IMG/VR virus record: IMGVR_UViG_3300005330_000016
Location: 1 to 64,000 of that record
DNA: 64,000 nucleotides
DNA from: a virus
Taxonomy: Duplodnaviria > Caudoviricetes
Direction: 5' to 3' (one strand)
The notes beneath the pieces were generated by a model, which was given only the letters and a program-made list of their open reading frames with translations, made no database searches and was not told the origin of the DNA. Position numbers and translations under genes: made by a program. Below, piece after piece: positions 44,738-54,771 of the stretch. The first letter of the stretch is position 1. Every line of letters begins with the position of its first letter.

Positions 44738-47700
44738 TTACAGGCAGGGCTTCCAAGAACGGTCTACCACCCCGTCCTGAGCCGTGAGCGTAAAGCATCC
44801 TGACGCCGGTGGGGCGGGTACCTGAATCGGTTGTGCCGTTGGTGCCACTGTAGGCGTAAACGTGGCTGTAGGGGCTACCGTAGGCGTCTGCGTTGGTTGT
44901 GGCGTGTTGGTCGCCGTAGCCGTTGGTACAACGCCCAGCAGATGATCACGGAAGCCTATGCCGTAGTTGGTCGGCGTGCCGCTGTAGTCACTTACCAGGC
45001 TCGGGAAGCCACCGCAGTCATACACGTCCCATGCCCAGGCCAGGTAGTTCGCCTTGTGCTGGTCTAGCCAGGTCATGAGCGGCACGATGTAGTCACTCGC
45101 ACAATCGGTCTGCCCGATCTCGCCTGCGATCAGCGGAACGCTTGCGGCTATCGGGGCTAGTACTGAGTCCCAGCACGCTTGAGTGTTGCATTGATTGCTG
45201 TTGGGCTTGTACGTGTGCCAGCTAGCCGCAAGGTTGCCTGTTGAGTCGTTCGGCTTGAACTCTAGCCAGCGACTCGCGCCACCCGCGTACAGGATGCCCG
45301 GCGACATGATCACGTTCTTGGCTCCTGTAGCTCTCACCGTGTTCACGAGTGTCTGCATGCCTGCTGCCTGGTAGCTGACCCCTGGACACGTGCCGCCGTC
45401 TCTCAGACACGTCCACGCGGCTGTGGTGTCTTGATTGTTGTCCGGGAAGGGCTCGTTGAACAGGTCGAACAGGACGTTCGGATAGTTACCGAACGTCTGA
45501 GCAATGCTCGTCCAGAACGCCGGCGTGTGATCCATGTCCGGCATTGGCATCTGGCCGGTTGACTGCTGGGTGCCCGGCGCGTTCCAGTGCAGATCAAGGA
45601 TCACGTACAGGCCATTAGCCGAGAGCAAGTCTACGAATGCCTTGACCTGTTGCCTGTACTTGTCCACGGTCATGTTGGTCGGGATCCCGTTGATCCCCAG
45701 CCAGCAGTCTTCGTTCATCGACACACGTACTACGTTGACGCCCCATGCTTTGATCGCGTCAATGCTCGCCTGGTCGGTCGGCCCGTCGAAGCTATCGCTA
45801 GAGCCGCTTGAGCACATGTACTCGCCACCTGAGCGACTCACGCCACGTAGCTGTACCGGCGACCCGTCTACTAGCTGGTTGCCTACAACGTGCAAGCCAG
45901 TAACCGGCACAGGCGTTCCGGTTTGTGTCGGAATGGGTGTTACGGTTTGCCCATACGTCAGTAGCTCTACGTTTGCCAGGATCGGCGGATAGCCAGCACT
46001 CACGCCATCTGACGCTATCTCGACTGTCGTCGGGCCACCAGGCACGGTCACCGGCACCGAGAAGCCCATCGACCAGTTGCAGTCGGTATTACCGCCCCAG
46101 GCTTGGCACCTCAGTGCGTTAGCATACTCGGCGCTAATGCTCTGCCATGCGCCACCGTTGAAGCGGTACTTGGCCGCATACGTGCTGCTGTTGTGCGTAC
46201 TGTCGTTGACGTACAGAATGCTAAACGTGAGCTTACCGCTACCGCCGGCCACATTGCCCAGGTTGAACGGCGTATTCAGCCCATAGCCGATATTCAGCTT
46301 GCTTCCGTTCGGCGTGAGTGCGTCAGGCACTACGTAGGCAGTCTCCTGAGCCACTACCGGCCCGTCAAAGCTCATTCCACTCCACAGGTAGTTGCTGCTC
46401 GGGGTGTTGAAGTACTTGCCCGGCGCTCGTTGACCGTGCTGGAAGTGAACGTAACCCTGACTGAAGTTCAGGCTGAGCGGTGCTGAGCCGATCATCCGCC
46501 AGTTAGGGAACGTCACGCCATCGGGCGAGAAGTCAGACGCCCACACCTCAATGCGGCTCGTGCTGAGCTTGATCTCTATGTGGTTCTGTGAGCCGGCCTT
46601 GGTCTGGATACACACACTGTTGTTGAACGGAACGGAAGTCTCGGCGTAGTCGTTGAAAGTGAAAGCGTTGTTGACTCGAACCGACGTGCCGAGATTCCCG
46701 GAACAGTTGTTGCCGTCGAAGTTCACCCCGACGCCATTGCGCGGTGTCATGCCCGATACCTGACTCGTGTTGGCCGCCCCTGGCACCGGATCCTGCGTCA
46801 CGTAGACCGAGTGCCACCAGCCTTGTGGTGAGCCGGTCGCAGCGTCCACGTTGTAGCTGATCACGCCTGAGCGATTCGTGAAGTCGAATGCCTGGCGCGG
46901 TCGCATGCTCAGCAGAGCGTAGTTCTGTGCGCCTAGCGCCGTCTCAAAGCCACTGCCGCACGAGAAGATGTCGTTGTCCGGGCTGACGTTGCCCGCCTTG
47001 CAGCGAGCCGCTACAGACGGAAACGGCATCATGTTCGGTGGCGCGTACTCACCGTCAACTCTACCGACGCTCCATCGGCTGTCGTCCAAGTCGCCCGCAC
47101 GCCCACCGGGGCTGGCCTTGCCGTCTTCACAGAACGCCGCCGTGCCGCCTAGCTTGAACGTGCATGCTCCCGACGCCGGGACAGGCGTGCTGGTAGGCGT
47201 CTGAGTGACTACAGGCGTGTTCGTAGACGTAGACGTAGCTGTAGACACAGGTGTAGACGCACCGGCGTTAACGAGCACGACATTGACGTTGCTCACGACC
47301 ATACCCTGGTCGCCGCCGATCTGAACCTTGTTGGTGCCCGGTACTAGCTCGGTGATCGGCACCAGCACGTCCAGCGTGTGCCACGTGCCCCACACGGCAT
47401 CTGGATAGGGCCACGGCACGGCGTGCGCATGCCCGTTGACCACCACGTTCAGTGCGATTGGGGTTGACGTTGGAGCCTGGAAATTGAACAGAACGCGAAC
47501 CGCTTCGGCTTGCGGGTTGGCTGGCATGCCCAGCACGTCCCATGACGTAGTGGCGTTCGCCTGAGCTACCTTGCCCAGGTCAATCGAGCCATCGGCATTG
47601 CCCGGCACCAGCGAGTCTAGAGCGTCGAAGCTCAGATCGTGGTACGTGAACGGCCCGTCAAAGCCTACGTTATCCCATGCGAACGTATGGTTGCGGTGCG

Positions 47701-48625
47701 GTCCCTGGTCGTTACAGCACGCCTTCTCAGCGTTGTAGTGAACGTCCTCAAGCCAGATCAGCCCTCGACTGAGCGTCAGGTTGACGTTGTTGGCTACCGC
47801 GATGTGCTTCAACGTGGTCGCACCGGCGTCCGTGGCGTACACGTCGATCTGGTTCTGCGATATGTCTAGCTCTACGTGGTTCATGGCACCGGGCGAGCCA
47901 GCGGTTACGCAATCGAGCACCTTGAAAGTGACCTGTCGCGGCCCGAAGCCGTTGGTGTCGTCCAGCACGTAGTCGCGCACCACCGCTACCGAGTCCACCG
48001 TCCAGCGCTGCTTGTCCAAGTTGTTGCCGTTCGGACAGTAGCCGTAACCACCAGGCCCAACGCCCGAACCGAAGCGAACCGCTAAGCCGTGGCGCGGAAG
48101 TGTCTGCCAGCTATCAAAGTGGTTGAACGGAGCAGGGCTAGGCTTATCGCTCAGCCAGAACTCGGGCCATGCGTCGTGCGTGTTGAGCGTGTCGTTGCTC
48201 ACGTCAAACACAACCTTGCCGGTCCTGCCCGCGAAGTCAAACGGTTGCTTCGGGTACATGGCAAGCGTCGTCACTTGATGGCCGTCGTTCGTCACTTCGC
48301 GCATCTGACCGTTGCAGATGATCACGTCGCCCGGTGGCTGTACGTGGTGCGAGCCATCACAAGCTTGAACGTCAGCAGCAAACCAGCCGTTGAGCACACC
48401 CTGGCCGGCGTTGACGTTGCCCGTCAGCCGCGACACACCCCATACAACCGGGTTCAGATCGCCGCTCCGAGTGCCACCGTTCTGAGGCTGGTCGAACGTG
48501 TCGCAGAACGCGGCTTGCGTTAGCCCGCAGCCTGTTGCCTGGGCACTGTTGACGAACAGTTCGTCACGCCCGGCAAACACGCCAAGCAGCACAACAACAA
48601 TCAGCGTGGGTACGGCTAGTCGCAT
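44738..48625 (-). CDS. Secreted multidomain glycoside hydrolase: signal peptide, two homologous beta-sandwich/lectin-like domains, PT linkers and GH5 (endoglucanase-like) catalytic domain
   Basis: MRLAVPTLIVVVLLGVFAG; LRGVSRSGGEY, ILDLHW, FDLFNEP (acid/base Glu), WHTY, IAGEIG (nucleophile Glu), YLAWAW. Confidence 0.9.
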   Translation of the reverse strand: MRLAVPTLIVVVLLGVFAGRDELFVNSAQATGCGLTQAAFCDTFDQPQNGGTRSGDLNPVVWGVSRLTGNVNAGQGVLNGWFAADVQACDGSHHVQPPGDVIICNGQMREVTNDGHQVTTLAMYPKQPFDFAGRTGKVVFDVSNDTLNTHDAWPEFWLSDKPSPAPFNHFDSWQTLPRHGLAVRFGSGVGPGGYGYCPNGNNLDKQRWTVDSVAVVRDYVLDDTNGFGPRQVTFKVLDCVTAGSPGAMNHVELDISQNQIDVYATDAGATTLKHIAVANNVNLTLSRGLIWLEDVHYNAEKACCNDQGPHRNHTFAWDNVGFDGPFTYHDLSFDALDSLVPGNADGSIDLGKVAQANATTSWDVLGMPANPQAEAVRVLFNFQAPTSTPIALNVVVNGHAHAVPWPYPDAVWGTWHTLDVLVPITELVPGTNKVQIGGDQGMVVSNVNVVLVNAGASTPVSTATSTSTNTPVVTQTPTSTPVPASGACTFKLGGTAAFCEDGKASPGGRAGDLDDSRWSVGRVDGEYAPPNMMPFPSVAARCKAGNVSPDNDIFSCGSGFETALGAQNYALLSMRPRQAFDFTNRSGVISYNVDAATGSPQGWWHSVYVTQDPVPGAANTSQVSGMTPRNGVGVNFDGNNCSGNLGTSVRVNNAFTFNDYAETSVPFNNSVCIQTKAGSQNHIEIKLSTSRIEVWASDFSPDGVTFPNWRMIGSAPLSLNFSQGYVHFQHGQRAPGKYFNTPSSNYLWSGMSFDGPVVAQETAYVVPDALTPNGSKLNIGYGLNTPFNLGNVAGGSGKLTFSILYVNDSTHNSSTYAAKYRFNGGAWQSISAEYANALRCQAWGGNTDCNWSMGFSVPVTVPGGPTTVEIASDGVSAGYPPILANVELLTYGQTVTPIPTQTGTPVPVTGLHVVGNQLVDGSPVQLRGVSRSGGEYMCSSGSSDSFDGPTDQASIDAIKAWGVNVVRVSMNEDCWLGINGIPTNMTVDKYRQQVKAFVDLLSANGLYVILDLHWNAPGTQQSTGQMPMPDMDHTPAFWTSIAQTFGNYPNVLFDLFNEPFPDNNQDTTAAWTCLRDGGTCPGVSYQAAGMQTLVNTVRATGAKNVIMSPGILYAGGASRWLEFKPNDSTGNLAASWHTYKPNSNQCNTQACWDSVLAPIAASVPLIAGEIGQTDCASDYIVPLMTWLDQHKANYLAWAWDVYDCGGFPSLVSDYSGTPTNYGIGFRDHLLGVVPTATATNTPQPTQTPTVAPTATFTPTVAPTAQPIQVPAPPASGCFTLTAQDGVVDRSWKPCL

Positions 48626-48861
48626 TCTACGCCTTCTTCGGCCTTGTACTTCGCAGCCAAGGTCTTCGCGTAGAGCAGCCCGTCCAGAGCACGTTGGTCT
48701 TCTATAAGCATCTTGTGGGACGCGCATGTCGTCATACGCATGCCCATCAATCCGTACGTACAGTGCTCGCCTTCGCCCTTCTGAGTGCACCAGTAGGTGA
48801 GCACACGAGTAAGGGCTTGGCTTTCATCTGGCGTACCGTGCCAGGTCGTCGTTGCCACCAT
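48616..48861 (-). CDS. Small hypothetical protein
   Basis: GGAGGA SD; 81 aa. Confidence 0.6.
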   Translation of the reverse strand: MVATTTWHGTPDESQALTRVLTYWCTQKGEGEHCTYGLMGMRMTTCASHKMLIEDQRALDGLLYAKTLAAKYKAEEGVECD

Positions 48862-48891
48862 AGCGATCCTCCAACCCCCCTGGCGACAATG

Positions 48892-48920
48892 CAAAAGCCC
48901 GGCCATCCTTGGGCCGGGCA
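48892..48920 (-). terminator. Rho-independent terminator downstream of tRNA
   Basis: Minus strand GCCCGGCCC-AAGGAT-GGCCGGGC-TTTT. Confidence 0.65.
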
Positions 48921-48988
48921 CCATTTCGGGCATGGCTATGCCCGTGGTCGGGACTATAGAGCTAAACCGTAGCCTGCGACAACCTTTG

Positions 48989-49063
<75 letters not shown>

Positions 49064-49237
49064 GCGCTCAGTATAGATTGTGCGGGCTGGTGGCCTCAAC
49101 CTAACCACCGATTTACGGTCCTTCTTGACGGGTTCCACTCCGTGCGCTGGGCCAGTTACCTATTCAAAGGATACTCACCGACACGAACGCCGTTTGGTGA
49201 GCACTGACGTATGAAGCTTGACCGCACCCGCATCAAC

Positions 49238-49462
49238 CTATCTCGCGTCTTCGTGAAATCCTTTCTTGCCGTAGGCTTGGTAGCACAACTGGCAACAGCA
49301 GGTTGCCGTATGGGCTGGGAGCTTGAACGCCTCAACTTCTTCGGGCGTCAGCGTGTCTAGCACTGGCCTCCAGTGCTCGCCGCGACTCTTGCCGCACACC
49401 TTGCAGGCTTTGCCGCCGATGGCACTCATGAAGCCGGCCTTGTACTCGTGATCAGTGCCCAT
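49238..49462 (-). CDS. Small Cys-rich hypothetical protein
   Basis: CKVC..H..; CCCQLC. Confidence 0.5.
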   Translation of the reverse strand: MGTDHEYKAGFMSAIGGKACKVCGKSRGEHWRPVLDTLTPEEVEAFKLPAHTATCCCQLCYQAYGKKGFHEDAR

Positions 49463-49546
49463 GACGTATCTCCAGCCAGGCAAACATAGTTGCCAGACCA
49501 AAGCCGGCTATGAACCACACTCCCGACAGATCAGGGCATCCGCTCA

Positions 49547-49765
49547 TTACACTTCCTCTTCAGCCCGCCCAAGCAGCCGGCGTGCCTTGTTCAGCATCGC
49601 CTGCCGAACGTAGACCTGTGCCCAGCCGCCGCTATCGTAGTGGACCGTGCGAGTTGCGCCGTTCAGGATCGTGTTGAGCGCATCGCGCAACTGCTCGTTC
49701 ATCACTCGAAGATCGGCCAACTGCTGACCCTGCTCTTCGATGGTTGCTTGCTTGACCATGATCAT
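49547..49765 (-). CDS. Hypothetical protein
   Basis: 72-aa coupled ORF with SD. Confidence 0.55.
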   Translation of the reverse strand: MIMVKQATIEEQGQQLADLRVMNEQLRDALNTILNGATRTVHYDSGGWAQVYVRQAMLNKARRLLGRAEEEV

Positions 49766-50007
49766 CTCCCCTTGTTAGCGCCCCATGCGCTGCTATCAAG
49801 TCCACTTGAGCTACGCTTCTGGAACGAGCCGCTGATGGTCTTCAGCCCAACCTTGGCTCGGCACTTGCCGCAAGTCACTACCTGCTCCAGCGAGCAGAGA
49901 TGGTTGATCTTGACCGTTGAGGCAACCGTGCCGCAGATGAGCGTCTTGTCTTCGTTCGCCAGATGGACGTTGCCGGCCTGGTTGCGTCGGGCCACTAAGT
50001 TCTTCAT
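49762..50007 (-). CDS. Small Zn-binding protein (leaderless)
   Basis: H...LICG...VTCGKC. Confidence 0.65.
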   Translation of the reverse strand: MKNLVARRNQAGNVHLANEDKTLICGTVASTVKINHLCSLEQVVTCGKCRAKVGLKTISGSFQKRSSSGLDSSAWGANKGR

Positions 50008-50067
50008 GTCCCTACCCTACGCCCGTATCGCTTGCCTGTCAACAACTAATCTAGTCAGATGCCGGCA
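50008..50067 (-). promoter_or_regulatory. Promoter P10 with TGCCGGCA box
   Basis: Box 50060-50067, gap 17, TTGACA 50042-50037, 17 nt, TAGGGT, 6 nt to ATG. Confidence 0.85.
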
Positions 50068-50237
50068 GACTGTTTGCACTTGGCGCACAACGTGTGCTCG
50101 CTGTCCGAAGCAACCTGCCAAGGATCGCTCAGCCGCCGACCGCACAGTGTCCAGTTGCCGGTGCCGGCGATGTGCTTGACGTGAGGCTTCAGGTTGAGTC
50201 GCCCGAAGGCATTAGCCCGAGTAGCTATGTACTTCAT
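50055..50237 (-). CDS. Small Zn-binding protein (leaderless), paralogue-like to 49762 ORF
   Basis: H...TLCG...LCAKC. Confidence 0.65.
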   Translation of the reverse strand: MKYIATRANAFGRLNLKPHVKHIAGTGNWTLCGRRLSDPWQVASDSEHTLCAKCKQSAGI

Positions 50238-50307
50238 GTACTGAACCTACACCCACCGCGATAGCCCCGTCAATACCTTTTCAGGCTACTTCGTCATATG
50301 CCGGCAT
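50238..50307 (-). promoter_or_regulatory. Promoter P11 with ATGCCGGCAT box
   Basis: Box 50299-50306, gap 25, TTGACG 50273-50268, 18 nt, TAGGTT, 6 nt to ATG. Confidence 0.8.
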
Positions 50308-50895
50308 TTTGCCCCAACCTAGCCAGCGAGCCATTCTGTTGATGGCTATAGCTCTTGGGAAGACCGGCTCGGGTTCTACGCTTGCCATGCCCAGCTTCAC
50401 GTCGCGCCGCCACTCGGCCACTCTCCTGGCGATGCTCATCGGGTGAATCAACTGGTCGTGCCAGATCCTGCGCGTAGCGAGCCACCCCGGCGGTAGCTCT
50501 TCGGCTGCTCGCATCAGGTCAGCGTAGACGCACAGCACCGCTGTCGGCCCTGAGTCATACGCACCTCCCCCGCGTGGCTCATGCTTGCAAGCCGGATCTA
50601 CTGCCAGGCTATCGACCTGATGCTGCTCCAGGCAGATGCAGTAGCGCATGCGTACCTGTAGGTGCATCCACTCTTCGTTGAGATGCTCAGCTATGTGAGC
50701 CGAACTCTTGGGTGTCTTCACCAACGCATCTAGCTCTTCCCAGTGAGCCAGCCAGAACTCGATTTTTTTGGGAGAGTAGCTAGGCTCAAACGGATCTTCG
50801 CTCAACTGTACTCCCCTCTCCACGCCGGCAGCATGCCATCGGCTAACTGCTTCTCGACAAATGGCCCGTCCTTGTCCGGCTTGGTTGCTATCCAT
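50281..50895 (-). CDS. Hypothetical protein (true start probably near 50805); position compatible with a late regulator
   Basis: Last large early ORF before tRNA and late operon; function not recognised. Confidence 0.5.
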   Translation of the reverse strand: MDSNQAGQGRAICREAVSRWHAAGVERGVQLSEDPFEPSYSPKKIEFWLAHWEELDALVKTPKSSAHIAEHLNEEWMHLQVRMRYCICLEQHQVDSLAVDPACKHEPRGGGAYDSGPTAVLCVYADLMRAAEELPPGWLATRRIWHDQLIHPMSIARRVAEWRRDVKLGMASVEPEPVFPRAIAINRMARWLGWGKMPAYDEVA

Positions 50896-51281
50896 AGCTC
50901 ATGCGGCACGTTACGCTTCCATAGCTTCACCTTGAACAGAAACGCTGGCAAGATCCTTCCCTTGGCGTCAATGTACCTTGACGGTATATCCCGGTACATC
51001 ACCCAAAAGTCAACAATCAGCCGTATCTTGTCGCGCGCCTTCGGCCCGTCCAGCACGGTCACCGGCACCTGTCGCTCCCAGTCAATCACCACGCCTAGCT
51101 TCTGCTGTAGATCCAGATGTGCCGCGTACTCGGCTTCCAGGCAGGAATCGTACTTCTCGCCGCGATAGTACGCGGTTCGATTGCCCATCTTGTTGCGCTT
51201 GCCCGGCACCAACGTGATGCCCATCGCAGCAAAGCGAGCCTCTACCTCGGCGTGGTGCTTCTTGGTCGCGGCTGTAACCAT
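50802..51281 (-). CDS. PD-(D/E)XK nuclease-like protein (DUF1064-like)
   Basis: KYDSCLEAEYAAHL, WERQV, VDFWV, YIDAKG. Confidence 0.75.
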   Translation of the reverse strand: MVTAATKKHHAEVEARFAAMGITLVPGKRNKMGNRTAYYRGEKYDSCLEAEYAAHLDLQQKLGVVIDWERQVPVTVLDGPKARDKIRLIVDFWVMYRDIPSRYIDAKGRILPAFLFKVKLWKRNVPHELWIATKPDKDGPFVEKQLADGMLPAWRGEYS

Positions 51282-51464
51282 CTAAGCCGATCTCCTGCGG
51301 TACTCTCGCTGGTACTCTCGGTACCGTTCACGATTATCGTCTACCCAGCGCTTGGTCCGGATCACCATACACGGCTTGCAGTATGCCCGTACCCTGTCGG
51401 ATCCTGTTCGCCAGCCGAAGTCAATGATGTCTTTCACCTGGCCGCAGTCCGGACAACGCCTCAT
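51282..51464 (-). CDS. Small Zn-finger protein
   Basis: CPDCGQVK...YCKPC. Confidence 0.65.
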   Translation of the reverse strand: MRRCPDCGQVKDIIDFGWRTGSDRVRAYCKPCMVIRTKRWVDDNRERYREYQREYRRRSA

Positions 51465-52906
51465 AACAACTCCGATTGACCAATCACTTCACGCCCGAGT
51501 CGGTTAGCCGCGATGGCGCAGTAGCTCTCGTCCATCTCAATACCAATAGCGCGAAAGCCCTTCGCCGCCAGCAACGTGGTCCCGCTGCCCATGAACGGAT
51601 CTAGCACGCAGCCATCCGGTGGAGTCACCATAGCAACCAGCCAGCGCATGAGCGCCAACGGCTTGACCGTGGGGTGCGAGTTGCCTTCGCCACGTTCTGA
51701 TCGGCTGGCCTTGGCCGTGTAGAAGAATCGAGAAGCGCCGCCGGTGTCGCCATACGTATTGCTATCGTTGTAGATCGCGTCCTCAAAAACGCTGTAGGCG
51801 GTCCCATGAGAACGCTCTCGACTGTTATGGGGTTGCCGCTTACTACTCTTTAGCTCCCCGCTCATCTGATCGAGCAAGGCCGCAGCGTCTTCGTCCAGGC
51901 ACACGTTGGCCGGCCAGCGACCGGCGGGGTGGCGATGGGTACCTACAGTTTCGCCGTCTGCATCACGGAATCCCCATCCATCCTGCCTGGTATTACCGCG
52001 ATTCTTTGCACCCCACGTCCCCTCCAGACCGGGCGTGTGCTCAATCCTGCATCCGTCCACATTGATAGCGCCGGTGCCGTAGCGCTGGACGTTCTCAGCT
52101 ACCGTGCCCTGGAGTGGTTTCCGGGCCATGATGATCGGCTCCCAGGCCGGCTTGAGCGCCGTGCCCCAGCCTTCCCACTGTTTTGCTGCGTCGGTAGCAG
52201 GGGCGGTGATTGGTGCAACGTCGCCGTGGTGTTCGAGTGTCCAAGCATCCTGGGCATACACGCCGTTACTTCCACCACCGTGCCGATTGCCTGGCCCAGT
52301 AACCTCGCGCTCAACACCCGCTGCCTTGTCGATTGCCTTGCTCACGTCCAGCGATTTGGGGAAACCTGAGCCGTACAGCCAACTCAGGCAATCTCGAATC
52401 TCAAAGCCCGCGTCCTCAATCGCACACGTCAAGCGGTGGAAGGTTCTGCTTCCGCCAAATGCCAGCAGATGCCCGCCCGGCTTCAAGACGCGGAGTGCCT
52501 CACGCGCCCAGGCTTCGTGCCATTCCTGCATGAGCTTTGCCTGATCTGGCCGCGCACTCGGGAAATCCGGCTTGTCACAGTGACACCGCTTGCCGCCGCC
52601 GCCCGCATCGCCCTCTGTATGGCCCCACTTCCACTTACCGCAATTACGGCACCGAACGTTGCTTGATCCATTGAAGTTCACGCGTGCAGCGCGTCCAAAT
52701 ACTGTCGAGCCATCATATTTCGGGATGCCGCCGTGGCTCACCTTGCCAATATCACCAAGCCGATCCCACTCCTTGCCCATAAACTCAAGCCCGTAGGGCG
52801 GGTCGCACACGATGGCGTCGATGCTCTCCGGCTCCATCTCGGACATGGCGATACGGCAATCCGCGTTGTAGATCACGACGCCGGGTCGCTCGTAATACGG
52901 AGTCAC
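51461..52906 (-). CDS. N4-cytosine/N6-adenine DNA methyltransferase (beta class)
   Basis: DPPY motif IV, HPTVKP, VLDPFMGSGTT motif I; GTGA-coupled start. Confidence 0.95.
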   Translation of the reverse strand: MTPYYERPGVVIYNADCRIAMSEMEPESIDAIVCDPPYGLEFMGKEWDRLGDIGKVSHGGIPKYDGSTVFGRAARVNFNGSSNVRCRNCGKWKWGHTEGDAGGGGKRCHCDKPDFPSARPDQAKLMQEWHEAWAREALRVLKPGGHLLAFGGSRTFHRLTCAIEDAGFEIRDCLSWLYGSGFPKSLDVSKAIDKAAGVEREVTGPGNRHGGGSNGVYAQDAWTLEHHGDVAPITAPATDAAKQWEGWGTALKPAWEPIIMARKPLQGTVAENVQRYGTGAINVDGCRIEHTPGLEGTWGAKNRGNTRQDGWGFRDADGETVGTHRHPAGRWPANVCLDEDAAALLDQMSGELKSSKRQPHNSRERSHGTAYSVFEDAIYNDSNTYGDTGGASRFFYTAKASRSERGEGNSHPTVKPLALMRWLVAMVTPPDGCVLDPFMGSGTTLLAAKGFRAIGIEMDESYCAIAANRLGREVIGQSELL

Positions 52907-53205
52907 GCAGCCCGAGACACCAGATGGTCTACCCGGCTCAGCGTCACGCCCCTGCCCTTGCACTTCGGGCACACAAGCCTGTACCGCGTCACCAGCTTGT
53001 CGTGATCTTCTTCGGTCATCTCGTGGAATGTCTCGTGCGAGCACACGAAGCACGTCTGCACCCAGGTCAGCGTTGGCTCAACCTTGACCAGCAGGCTCTT
53101 GGTCATGTCGGTACCGTGGTCTTCGCAGTACACGTCACCATCTGCCGCTAACGAACGGCAGTAATCCGCTACGCACTTTTCAATCGCTTTGCGCGGCTTG
53201 CCCAT
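52903..53205 (-). CDS. Cys-rich hypothetical protein
   Basis: 100 aa, several CxxC. Confidence 0.55.
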   Translation of the reverse strand: MGKPRKAIEKCVADYCRSLAADGDVYCEDHGTDMTKSLLVKVEPTLTWVQTCFVCSHETFHEMTEEDHDKLVTRYRLVCPKCKGRGVTLSRVDHLVSRAA

Positions 53206-53313
53206 TAGGCACCCCCTTGTTGATGATCTCGCGTTGCGCTTCCAGGCAAGGGTAGCGCACCTTGCACAGCTTGCATACCGTCCTACCGTCAGTTGTCTTG
53301 GCCGGCGCGTGCT

Positions 53314-54771
53314 TCACGATACGTCCATCTCGGTGAACATCGGTGCTTCGCCTGTCACGCGATTCACTGCCTGCTGCGCATACTCTGGATTCAACTCACA
53401 GCCGATGGCGTTACGCCCCAGTCGCTCGGCCACCATGCCCACCGTGCCACTGCCGAAGAACGGGTCAAGTACCACTTGCGGTACGGGCGTCAGGTCCGCA
53501 TGAACGCAGGTCGGTTGCCAGCCGGTGGTCGTAACTTCGGTACCAGAACTCTGCCCGTTGGTATTGTGTATGCGCTGTTGCGTCCAGCCAGTAGTAGGAG
53601 CATAAGGTATCGCGCCACGGGCTAAGCCGTCGCGTTCTTCCCGCTCGTTCCATCGCTGTTTTTCAACCACCCGCGCCCACGGCGCACCGCACTCCGGGCA
53701 CTGGCCCTTCTCGGACGTGCCGGCCTTGATCATCGGCTCGACCAGCTTCGGCGGAAAGGTTGCGTAGTGCGAACCCTTGTACGGGGCCGGATTCACGATC
53801 AGCGCAAGTGGCTCGCCGTCTTCGTCTAACTCTAGCCCCTGCCACGACTCGAAAAACCAATCGCTGTTACGACGGCTGCGACCGGTTAGGCTGTCCGGTG
53901 CGGCACGTCCCACGCCTTCGGGTCGCGCAGCCGAGTTGCCGATTTTATCGGCTACGTGATCCTTGTATACGCCCACACCCCGGAACTCTTCGTTACGCCT
54001 GGTCGGCTCGCCTACCCTGGTACGCACCGCGTCGGCGTCCCAGTAGTAGCGAGCCGACTTGCTCAGCAGAAACACGTACTCCACGGCTGACGCTGGTCGG
54101 TCGGTCACGCTCTCGGGCATGCTGTTGCGTTTGAGCCACGGTATCTGGCTACGCAGGTACCAGCCGTCAGCCTGTAGAGCCATCGCCACCCTGACCGGCA
54201 TCATCATCAGGTCTTTGGCCTTGAAGCCCACGTCTACCCTGGTCGGTGCAGCCGTGAAGCCCTGGCGATTGCCCTGATCACCGATGCCGTTATGCCCAGT
54301 CGGCCCCTTGCCGGATCCTGCGTAGCTATCACCCATGTTGACCCATATGCAGCCGTCGTCCCTGAGCACGCGGCGCACTGCACGAAACACCTCTACCAGA
54401 TGCTCTAGAAATAGCTCGGGTGTCGGCTCTAGCCCTAATGAGCCACACCACGCACCGCACTCGCACACTGAGCCTTGAGAAATATCTGTCGTCCTGACCT
54501 TATCGGCGTACACCTTGGCCGGCTCGTGACTCCCTGCCCAATTGGTAAGAGTGCTACTTGGGCCGCCAAGTGTTGCGCCCAAAGTGACTCGCCGGGTGGC
54601 AGCCTCACCCCACTCATGCGCGTGCTGCGTGTCACCACCCCACACCAATGGCTCTAGCCCGTAATCTCTTAGCCCGTAGTAGGGCGGGCTGGTTACGACG
54701 CACTGCACGCTCTTCTCGGGCAGCGTAGCCAGCGTGTCAACGCAATGCCCGACCAGCAGCCGCGTAGACAT
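53314..54771 (-). CDS. Second N4/N6 DNA methyltransferase (beta class)
   Basis: VTSPPYYGL, W.K.NSMPESVTDRP, HYATFP, VLDPFFGSGT. Confidence 0.95.
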   Translation of the reverse strand: MSTRLLVGHCVDTLATLPEKSVQCVVTSPPYYGLRDYGLEPLVWGGDTQHAHEWGEAATRRVTLGATLGGPSSTLTNWAGSHEPAKVYADKVRTTDISQGSVCECGAWCGSLGLEPTPELFLEHLVEVFRAVRRVLRDDGCIWVNMGDSYAGSGKGPTGHNGIGDQGNRQGFTAAPTRVDVGFKAKDLMMMPVRVAMALQADGWYLRSQIPWLKRNSMPESVTDRPASAVEYVFLLSKSARYYWDADAVRTRVGEPTRRNEEFRGVGVYKDHVADKIGNSAARPEGVGRAAPDSLTGRSRRNSDWFFESWQGLELDEDGEPLALIVNPAPYKGSHYATFPPKLVEPMIKAGTSEKGQCPECGAPWARVVEKQRWNEREERDGLARGAIPYAPTTGWTQQRIHNTNGQSSGTEVTTTGWQPTCVHADLTPVPQVVLDPFFGSGTVGMVAERLGRNAIGCELNPEYAQQAVNRVTGEAPMFTEMDVS

